NCBI GenBank assembly: GCA_030141605.1
Contig: JAQGDQ010000015.1
Span: 310,001-374,000 of the forward strand
From: Tubiluchus corallicola
Taxonomy: Eukaryota > Animalia > Priapulida
DNA length: 64,000 nt
Reading direction: 5' to 3'
Shown piece by piece: positions 49,823 to 61,800 of this stretch (the stretch's first letter is position 1; each line of letters opens with the position of its first letter). Under the pieces are notes generated by a model, which worked only from the letters and a program-made list of their open reading frames with translations, was not told the origin of the DNA and ran no database searches. The position numbers were made by a program, and so were the translations under genes.

Positions 49823-52800
49823 TTAGGCAGTTTTCTTTTTGCTAAAAGAATACGGATATGACCATTTATATATATGTTAAGAGTAGCCCAAATTCTAGTT
49901 CTGTATACTAGAGCTGGTCTAGAAGTATGCTAGTAACACCCGACTGTTAGGCTAGCAATACCGTTTGTGTATAAGGGTACTACAGTACATTATAGTTGTC
50001 GTTTGTGTCTCACAATGCGTTTATTACCTTGGTCGAGGCAGAGGAGAATTTGAAAGTTGGCTTTCTAGTTCTCTCACTTTGGTCCTAGTCATTTTTAGCT
50101 CCAAACGAAGGTCATTGATTTCTGTTATTAACACTATATTCTCCTGTATAGCAAACGAGCAAAATTTAAATACAATATTTCAGATATTATAACTGATTTA
50201 GTGTGACAAGGAACCAGAGTAAAAAAAGGTATGAGACCAACTGAGAATAAAGCAGATTAACCGTGTTTGCTAAGCAGTTTCAATAGATCTTTAAATTTCA
50301 ACTTATTGGTTTTGTAGTTGCTTTTGTTCAATTAAGGCTCTACCAGAATAGGCATTGCTTTACTGCTATCCATTTAATTACATTTACATGCAATTAATAA
50401 AACCTAAAAAAAGAATAATATTACAATAATAGGAACATAAACTCTCAAATACAAAAAGAAACTACATTTCTTAAGAGCATTTTTGTCATATCTGTGTAGT
50501 GTCAAGTTATTTAGCTATAAAAAGTCATCTGTCATTTGGGTGACTACAAAACTAGCTGCACAGTAAAAGATTTTGATGCTACATGTAACTATGACTGTCA
50601 TTCTCATAGTCTTTCTACAAACGTTCGTAACTGCACATTCAGATTTATATGTGCTGTTAAGAGCTTCAAACCATAGGAAGTTGCATCAGGATGCATTAAG
50701 CTGCATACACACCAATCCGTACAGTGACAACTAACGTTTGTCTAAATTAGATTATGCTCAACTATAGGCCTAGAAGCTAATATTGTAAAAAAATTTCTCT
50801 CAGCTACGATTGCAGTAAGAGCAAAAATGAAAGAAAATCTGTAAATGTAACCTGCATAATTTTGACATTGTCTTGACGATGTATCTGTGAATCTTTTTCG
50901 AGCTTTTTTCTTAATGACGAGATGGCCCGTTGAAGCGTTTCTCTCTGTCTGGCGTGTGCAGCCTGTATGTCCCCGTCAAGAGCAGCACTTTGTATTTCTG
51001 TCTGTAACAATGAAACAAATCTGACTTTACAACTGCAAGTTTTTGTAAAATCATAATAAATTTACCTCCAACAAAGTCACAAATTTGATTATACATTTCT
51101 CATGGAAGCTCAAGATTTTTAGTGATGGACTTATGTGTTAGGTACTTCTCTAAGCTCACCTTGTCACACAAAATTTTATATATGTAATAAATGCCATATG
51201 CGAAGTTTTTGATTTCACTTCAAGAAAAATATTAGTAGGGCTTCACAGCTGGCAAATCATACAATTACTAATTGCTGCAGAGCTTTCTGGGTTATCTTAG
51301 ACCCACTAATTTGCCTGGTTTACTTTTACATCCCTATTTTTTTATTCAAGCTTACAAAACAAAAGTGCTTGTCTTACAAAGTGGGAATCTGGATAACTTA
51401 GCCTAGCAGAATAATTAGACCTTTAATTACCTTGTCATCTGTTATGTACTTCTGATAGAGTTCTTTAATGCTATCCTTAAGACCTTTTGGATCCTGAATA
51501 TGACTAACACAGTTAAACAAGTCTGTCTTGAATCGCTCAATTATAGCCTTTTGAAATCGTACCTGATAAAACAAGGAGAAAATAAGAATTTAATAAATGC
51601 ATTGTGGATAGACTGATTTGATGTATCTTTGCAAATAGAAACATACAAGTGTATATCCTTAATTTTTTAATAATGGTATTATTTATAGTTTTAGATATAC
51701 AGAGAATTTGAATTATATTATTAGAATCACTCACTACTCGGAGAACTCCCACTAGCCCAGACTTCAAATAACCTGAATACTTGACAATACCTTATTGATC
51801 AGATTTAATTGCTTCAATGACAGCATAAAATGCAAAACAAAAGTGTGTAGTGAAACAAAACATGCAACTCCCACATATAAAACGAGAGCTCAATGTCAAC
51901 ATTGCAATATAACAGCAGCACGTGGGGGATCAGTACAAAGATGCTCTAATAACTATGAACCCTAACTTGTTGATTTTCTTTGCTTAGTTCACGGTCTCTC
52001 GCCTTGAGTTTTTGCTTCAGCTCGCCAACAAACATCTCTAATTGGGTATTTGTCTTGCGAAACTTCTGCAACTCATCTTCCATCTAAAACATCAGGGTGT
52101 ATTAACTGTACTTGAAAATTTTTTGTTATCAACACACATTATAACATATGCAGTTAGTGGTAACTTTTAAATTGTAAATTATTGCATCTAGATTATAAAT
52201 TTAGTATTAGATAGCTAATATTAACATAACACTAAATAGCTCAAAGATATAAATATAGATAATATTACTTTACAATCATGCAGTAGGTGCTTTGTTATGA
52301 CTTCAAGAATATGGACCTACCTCTTTTATTTGGTCTTTCATCTCTTTGACTTCAATCTCCCTAGGCTCAATTTGTCTTTTCAGTTCTTTTATCTTATAAT
52401 CGAGAACAAATTTAAACTTGTCAAGTTCCTGCAAAGTTAATAGTTATTATATACATAACATAGAGTGACAGTATAGCCTATTTACAACAGTAGTTAAGCA
52501 TAGAAATCATCTACATTTTTACATATTTCAGGGTTGTTTTTAAAAGATAGTATGTACCTGGTTTTTCTTTTTGAGATCGTAAATGCGTTTTTCCTTGTCA
52601 TGGATAGTCTCGTCTCGTTCCTGTATTTCTCTCTTCAGACTACCGATATCTTTGTTGAGAGAACGAATAGTCCCTTGCAGCTTGCTCTGCTCTGTCTGCA
52701 GTTTGGATATTTCAATCTTGTGATCTTCTATTTCTTTTTGTAAGGTTGAGAACTAAAAATTACAGCTAGGCTAAATATTGACTCTTAAAGATCTAGTGTA

Positions 52801-55800
52801 GCATCAAAGCAAAGACATTTGTAAATAGTGCCGAAATTAATTTTGGTTCTCCTTGCATTCGCTGAAGTCTTTCCATTTGAATTTGTAAACAAAAAAAGTG
52901 ATAAAAGTAATTATTAGGTCTTTCTGTTTTCACTGGTTGCCTTCGTTGCTAGTTGTCTTGACAAACAGCACAAAATAAGCATAACTAAGTACCCGAAGGC
53001 GATCTACTACTATGCCACATTCACAGTAAACAAAGCAGCATTCTTAAAGCATTCTTTTCTTAAAGTAACTAACCTTTTTCCTCATTATTCCAGTTTCACC
53101 TTTAAGACGCAAGTTTAGTTCTTTTTCATCATGCAGTTTTCTCTCATACTTATTCTTCAGGTCGATTATTTCATTATCTGCATCTTCCTCTGTCTGTCTA
53201 ATTATCTCCTCATATTCTTTGTTATGAGCCCTCACATCTTCATATGCCTGTTAACACACACAAAAAAACTGCTTTAGTTGGAGAGAAAACTTCCAAAGAT
53301 TGCCCAGTCGCTCTATTTATTAAGCTAAAACCTCAGCGATTGGCGTACTAAGGTTCCAAACTATGTATAAATGACAGAAAGTACATACAATAAAACTTTA
53401 ACGAAATAATGCTGCATCAAAGATAAAGAAAATGAAATGCAAAATGTGCCAGCCATGCTACAAGAGATGGTAAAATATGTTTTACTAAAATTTATTATAA
53501 ATTTAAGTGTTAATATGCATGGAAACATATGAATTATGTACAGTAAGTGTTGCTTAATAGACCCACTTTGTGACGGAAGTGTTTTGACCCAATTAACCGA
53601 CTGAAATCTATTAACAGACAGATGTAGTATTACTAGTACTGAAGTATGAATCATCAGCTTGCTAAGACTTTTAATGAATTTTAGAAACGAAGTAATGCCT
53701 AAATTACTCTGCAGTTATTTAAAAATGTTGATATATAAAGTGAATTAATAAAACTCACATCCCATTTCATCAACTATTCATTAAACAACACAACTGTCAT
53801 AGAAGCATTCGAGTTTTCATAGTAACCTACCCGCAAGTTTGCAACACTTTGTTGTATTCTACATGCATCCCTGGGATAACAGCAACAGCTATGTAACTGA
53901 TTAAACATTCTGTGAAAGGAAACGAGTTTCAAAAGCAAACCGCTGGGCAACTGATTAAAAGTTTAGCTTCCAGAAATTCTTAGGTAATGAGGTTAATTAC
54001 AGTAGGCGCGCGGGGAAAAACAAAACCGCTAGGCTAGCATATCAGCATATGATAAACGGTCCTGCTTACGAACAAAACGGTACCTATCGTGATAGTTTCT
54101 ACATTAGAACACTAAAGCTAACTAAGATGACATAAAAATCACAAAAGCTGATTGGTCACACAAAAGTGTCATATTGAAGCAAGTGAAACAGACATGTTGA
54201 CTTATTTATGCAGAGTTATTTGAGTCAATTATCGACAATTTTTATATATATTTAAATAGGAACGACCCGTACCAGGTGTTTTTGAGTCAATTAGGTGATT
54301 GATTTTATTAACCCGTGCATCCAATAAATGGCACCTACCAATTTTGGCTTTTACATACAGTACATATACACACAGGCAAATAATAATTATCCCTGCAACT
54401 ATCATTCAGTGTATTATTTTCTATGAGATTTTCCTGCATACCACTTCCGTAACTGCTAATCCACTCATAAAATGCTTTATTTATATATTCATTTGCATCA
54501 AACTAGCCATCCTACATTATAACTGCATAGATGAAGCTTTTGCCATGGTTATAAAAGAATTGCCTTCTGGTTTTCACATGACTTACAAACCCCTTTGAAG
54601 CGTATCCTAAAAAATGAGCAAAATGATGTATTTCAATATATATTGTATGTATATATATATATACATCTACATGCGCTTTATTGTAAATTGCAATATTTGT
54701 AATTAGGCGCTGGTTATTCCAGCACACTGTAATTTTGTCAGACGTGTAATAAATAAATTAAAATTAAATTAAATTAAAACATTTTTAAATTGGAAACTTA
54801 CGTGATCTAACTGCTGTGATTTGTCAGCTAGTTTGACCTCATAATATTCTGTCAGCTCTTCACACGCTTTCTCCTTTGCCTGCTGGGAATCCTTTAACTG
54901 CTTCTCATAATTCTCTTGCATAGCCTGCATGCTGATCTGCAGCTGCTCATACTTTTCATACTCGGTCATCAATTTTTGATTGTTTCTTGATTCTTCAATG
55001 AAATACAGACAGAATCATTATCAATCAGGTCGTATATTTGAAAGCAATGGTCAAATATAGTATCTATACTGTATTACTCTTTGTACACATCAACATAAAC
55101 TAAGTTGTCAAATTGGAGCTAAAATAGAAGCATTTTTATGCAATATAAAAATACAAGTTTATGAAAAATATTATATGTGTATATATTTCATACAGTCGTG
55201 TATGAAGTTTGCAGATATTTTGATTATTTCAACAATAATCTTTTGTGGACTTTTGTAGTAGACTTGTCACCATAGCATAGTATTTATTAAATGTACAAAT
55301 TTGCAAAATTGATGTTAATAGGCTCTGATCTTATATAAATTCCGGCTAGTTAGTTCTGACTAGTTAGTTACTGATGGCAATAACATCATTTTTGTACATT
55401 CATTAAAGCATTCTTTTTCCAAAACTGAATGTGAGTAGCAAAAATACTATATGGCTGTCAAAGTATATTTAAAATGACTAAACCTTCTGCAATTATGAAA
55501 ACTGCTTCTAATAGGGTTACCTTTTTATCCTCTTTGCAGAAACATTTTTACAGAAGCAGTACTGTCACAGTTATACTAAAGCAGATAAAAATAATTTAAA
55601 TTTAAAGAGTTTACAAGTAAACTATTTTCAGCAATACTAGAAACTGACCGATTTTTTCCACCTCTGTTCTGTGTGATTCACGTAGGTCTGCTAAATTATC
55701 CAAGTACTTTGATTCATCTCTGTCTTTTTCCACTTCCAAATTCTGGAATCGGCCAATATTTGATTTTATACAAGCTACATCAATTCGTTACATTAGTAGA

Positions 55801-58800
55801 CATTACACAATGCTTAAATGAAATGCACATTGTACTGTATAATCATGAGACATGTAGAGAAGCAAATTAGAAAATATGCACAATATAAGGCAATTAAACA
55901 TATTAACCCAATCAAAAATAAAATACAAAGGCAGTCAAGTATTCAAAGGGTGACCTTGTATCGAGCTCGTATATCTTCCATTTCCTGCAAGAATTTATCT
56001 GTCATTTCTTTGTATTTTTCTTGATAGTTCATGTCCTTCAGGCGAAGCTGATACTCGTTTTCCATTTTCAGTTCCTCCACACGTGTGTTAAGTTCTGAGA
56101 TATTCGCATTCTAGAACAGACGAAAAACATCGGTCAGTGTGAGGCCATATTCAATCTTATTTTAACTCGTACTTATGTCCAGTGCCTAATCTCTACATTA
56201 AGAACATTCAAAGGCTCTAGTATCCCCTTTTAAGGTACCTAAAACACAACAATTTGCAGTAGCTTTTCAAAATGCTGTACAAAAGGCACATTATTACCAA
56301 ACAGTAAATAAACCACATTGGATCATTTTCATAGTTAACAATGTTACACACTATATTATACAAATTAAACACAAACATCGATGATGCTGCAGGTCCCCTG
56401 ACTCACATGTTTGACACCTAGAGGATTGTGACATTTGACACAAGGTCATTTTTTTGCCAATACATAAAAAGGTAAACAGTCCTAGACATAATTTTGTCAT
56501 GGACAGATATTAGCAATGAAGAAAGCCTAATAGTAAGATGGCAACTGTTATTAATATGAAATAGAATGACAATACTGTAAACGCTAACAATGCAAAATAG
56601 TAACAAGTTTGTGACACTGTAATAACTACTAAACCATATGTGACAAATAGAATATCAGACAAACTGTCTCGGTCTATTTTTCGATTCCGAATGTGCAGAA
56701 GAAAGAACAGGCAAAAGCCCACCAAAATAGACATTTTGCCCACTTTTTGCAAAGTTAGATCTTTTTTCAAGGCACCTAAACCAATACCGATCACGTAATT
56801 TGAGGTTGAGTTTTACGAATCTCATGCTTCGAATCCTATGTGTGGGGCATGAAATTTGCCATTTTTTGACATCATCGGTTTGCAGTCTTTATAGCACCTA
56901 ACTAAGGCCTCATGTTATTATTTTGCTCATGAGCACAAGTTCAAATCCCAGTTTAAGTTTGCTTTTAGCTCGTGCATTATTGTGTGATAACATTCATCAT
57001 TTTACACAATTTCGTCAAGTTTTTACTGGGTTTGGTTATAGTCTACAAAAATTCTCAGCAGAACAACAAATTCAGAAGTGTATTAGGCCCCAATGATAAA
57101 ATGTTAGGGAATCCCATTTTCATGTTACACTAGCACAATTTTTTTCCCGCTCACTGACCTTGTTTATCGTTATCTTCATCTGGAGTCCACTGAACCCTCT
57201 GGCAAATGTAAACCATGCAAATATTCTTACGTTTATAAGTGCTACATTGCATGGCCAATTTAAATGAAAAATAATGGGTAAAAACATTTTTGGAGCAATT
57301 ATTCCCCACATCAGTAAGTCTCCTGGATGGACTATACTTATGCTTCCAAGTAAAGATTTGTCTCTAGCTCCAAAATAAAAAAAAACTAGTTAAAGATAGA
57401 TCATACACAGAGACAGAAAGTCTGCATTTCGTTATAGCTGCCATTCTCTCAAGAAACTATTATTGTAATCTGACACATTGCTATTAACACATCTATATGC
57501 ACAACTGTATGCTGATATTTAGCAAACTACTGTGATTAACATCTGAGGAAAATTTTACATAGTTTTGATTAGGAAGATACAGTCGGGTTATGCTAATTCG
57601 CTGCATAGTGCTGACTTGCAGAACTCTCACTACAGCCAGGCTTTCTCTACTACTACTGATGTTTGTACCTGTTTCCCAATATTCTAGATATGCTCTCTTG
57701 ACGACCTTTTTACCTTAATGCCTTTCAGATCCCAAGGTTATTCCATACCAAATACCAAATTTACCAGTATAAGTCCAATTGTTTGAATCCAGGATCCACC
57801 CTCATGGGTAAAATATTTTTGTCAATGTTGGATTCAGTAGATAACAAACCACCTAATTTGTCACAGTGAGTTGATTCGGATTCTAGCTCTATACCCACCA
57901 TCCTGGACCCTCTCCCGAAAAAGGAAGAGTCATTGTAAGCCACTGTCCAAAAGTTGTCATCCATTATCTAATATAAACCTGCTTTTATAACCCTATACAA
58001 TTGCAATTGTTTAAATTGTTGGTCTGCCCTAGCTACCCCACTCCCCGAGGTGGGTCCAAATACTTTTGATAATGTTGGATTGTCAATAGAGGCAGACCAC
58101 TTTAATTCCCCATATTGCACTGACTCAGATTCTCCCACTACACCGGCACCACTTTGTATCCTACCTCCCTCACTCGACTGTCTAAGTTAGTAGGTGAGAA
58201 CCTAATTCCTCATTGAGCCGATTCAGGGCTCACCAATCATATGCAACTATTACCTGTTTATCCCTGTTCTGGATAAGTCCTTGGGATGACCTTTGACCTT
58301 TAGCATTATCTTCTCTCACTGTTACTAATATCAAAAATCTCAGTCAATTACCTTGAGTGGTTCAGGTATAACTGGTTTAAACTCAAATTGTGGACCCACA
58401 ACGGACACTACATGGCAGTATAAGGTCCCCAAACTTGGAAAGTCAGGGACCTGATAATAAAAGAAAAAATTCCGTAAAAGATTTTACCTGTAATCAGTAA
58501 TACACTAACATTCTACATGGTGTTTGCCTAGTATTTTTTGCTCCTTTAACGACAGTAGCAGACATAGTGTGTTTGCCTACTGAAGATATGTTATACTGTT
58601 ATAATAAATAGAAGTCGCTCTGCTGTTCTGAGTGTGTTCTGTGACCAGTGTTTGTCGTGTTGCATTCAATGCATCATTGAAAATTGCCCATTAAGTAACT
58701 TTAGCTAGATGCAATTTATTTTCTGTAGAAATAGTCATCAGAACTAATAATAACACTTAATGGATCAAAAGCACTTTAATGTGAAGAGAACTTGGAAAAT

Positions 58801-61800
58801 CCCAAACAAAAAGAAGCACAAAACTTTTATAGTGGAAACATTAAAGCTCTTTGTATCCTGTGTAATCGTCAAGTAGAAGCACACAAAACCCTTTTGAGAC
58901 ATTCTCACTCAAGTTCAGATGTAAAAAACAGCAGTATAGCTACAGAGTTCTTAGGCACGGAACATTGTAACGCATAACGGAGAAGTAAATATGACGTATG
59001 CAGATGGACATCCGCAAGTAAATGCAGTAAACACTACTGCAAACACTCTATTATTAGAGATTTCTGAATGTCATATTATCAACTTAATATATGCTTTTAT
59101 TCTAGTGTTTTACATAATGTTGGGGCTTGGAACATTGGTAGCAAATGCCACAGTGCTAGTAGTGATAAAGCAGAGCAGAGGAATGGACAGTATACCATAC
59201 TATTATATCTGCAATATGGCTGTGGCTGATTTTTTAGCAGGAATTAGCCTCTTGTGCATTGGAGTCGGATATCTTGTGGCGATTAACTGCAACATTGCCT
59301 GGTGTGCTGTTATCGTCAGTTTGCTGTACATGTCACTGACAGCATCTACATGGATTTATACTGCAATTTCTGTCGAAAGGTATATAGCTGTAGTTTACCA
59401 TCTACATTACGATACGATTATGACGGAAAGACGTGCTAAGATCATAATGCATGTATTGTGGATGTATTGCATAATTCTGAATCTTGTTTCAACATGGCTG
59501 TATGTGCAGGAAGATGACACTGGTATACAGTGCTTTTCTTGGACGGGTAAATGGGGCGCCTTATGGAGCAATCTCACGATGTTACAAGGCATCATTATTA
59601 ATTCAATCATCATCTATTGTTATGGAGCGATAATCAAAATGGCAATAAAACTAACAAAACACACAGTTGGCGTAGCTGGTCCTGATGAATCGACTCGACA
59701 GATGAAAAAGAAAATAAAATTAGCTAAGACACTCGCTACAACTTTGGGGTTATTCTTCATTTGTTGGACGCCATACATGGGTGTCATACTCATGTATAAC
59801 TTTTGTAAATTCCAAGGTTGTTCACTGTCACTGAGCGATAATGAGATCCAATTTTATTTTATTACGCTTGGATCAACAAATTGTTTGATGAACGTTTTTG
59901 TGTACGCAGCAAAAATACCCGAATTTCGAAGATCACTGAAGAAACTAACATGGGAAAAATTGCATCACGATCGGGGTGAAGATTCAGTAAGAGGGACAGA
60001 CATTTCAGCACAACCATCATCACAAAATTCCACCCAAGAAACCAAGACTTAAATGCAAAATTGCTAAAGAGATTTTGTTGAAGAATCAATATGTATGGAC
60101 AAAAATAGTAGCAAAGTTGCAGTGTTAATTGATTGTACAACAAATTAATAAATACATCTTAGTGATGTATAAAATCATCAGTTATGAACGAATATGTTGT
60201 CTTGGCATGTTTTTCTGCACATTTTCGTAATTCAGTTTCTACATAGTTTACCAAGTAAAGTAATTTATTAACAACTGAGATATCCATTAAAAATATTAAA
60301 TGCATATGCATTTGTCACAGATAATACAGACTATTATAAATGAATCCAAAGTCTTTTATAGTTACCTCCAACACCTATCAAAAATTTGTACTGTCTGGAA
60401 GAAAAACTGCCTCACACATTGAAAATCACAAAGAAAGTATAATTTTACCAACTACCAATCATCAGTGCAAGCAGGTATCCACTACAACATTAACAAGATC
60501 CTTAAAAAAACTGGAGGGTGGAAAAATTCCTTCAAAGTCGGCTGCTTCATTTTCTCGCAAAGAAGTTGGCTCACAAAGTTCTCATAATGATAAAAACGTT
60601 GAAAATCTGTTGCTGTGTGATGCACGTATTCACGTAAAACATTTAGCGCTTGGCGTGCTTGAGCTGCATTTTTCAAACTTCTTAACTCCATGCTCTTATT
60701 TGCTGTATGATGTTTACTCTTATAAATCACAAGGAATACTGGCTGATTACTGTACCTGGATCTTGACTGTTAACTCATTAAGCCTGAAACCATGATTTGC
60801 AACGATAGCTTCAAAAGAAAGCCGCTAGACAAGTGATTAAGTGTTTAGCTTCCAGAAATTCTTGGGTAACAAGGTTAATTGCAGTGGGCGAGCGGTAACA
60901 GATTCAAAGCAAAACCGCTAGGCTAGCGTATTAGCGCATGCAAAACGTACCTACTTACAAACAAAACGGTACTTAACATGATTGTTTCTACATATATTAT
61001 AGTGTACAAAAGGGAAGTAAAGATGACATAAAAGTAGGAAAGGCTCTTTGGGTACATACAAATGAGAAGGAAAAATATTGAGTCAATTATGCTGAGTTAT
61101 TTGTGTCAATTACCGATAGTTTTTATGTATATTTGAATAGAAGCGGCCCATGCCAGGTGTTTTTGAGTCAATTAAGCGATTGAGTCTATTAGCTGTGAGT
61201 GTATTAAGTGGCACCTACTGTATATATATATACAGAATATATAAACATGCTTAGACATATTTACAGGAATTATGTCTGGGAAAAGTTTTACATAGCCTTC
61301 CATTTAGATAACAAAAAACATAGTCTGATAGGTGACTCCAATTTGCTGTATCTCACTGAATACCGAATAGGACGATTCCAACTACACCCAGCCTTGCTCT
61401 CCAGCTAATGATGTTTGTACTTGGTTCCCAGTATAATGATTATGCTCTCTTTTTTGACCATAATAAGCTGCTTTTTTGACCACTTTATTAAGTGCAACAT
61501 GGAGAAGTATGATAACAATCTAGTTGCACTAAAGAATCTAAAATTAAATTACAAAAAGTCTTGATTTGTCATGGGTAGAAATTATTCAGTGTACCATAAT
61601 TAAAACCATTACCTTTTCTTCCAAGTCGCTTTTTGTAATAAGTATTTCCTCAGAATATACAATATCTCGTTCTCGCCGTAAAGCACGACCTTCCTTTTCT
61701 GATACTTTCCAGAGAATTATGCAAGAGTCATCTGAGACAGTTAGCATAAATTGATCATCATAAGTAATACACATCTGAAATAGGTAAGAATATAGCGCCA

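Noticed and set aside
60340-60795. 151-aa ORF downstream of the GPCR
   Set aside because: No recognisable domain; it lies past the GPCR poly(A) signal and next to a dispersed repeat, so it is probably spurious.
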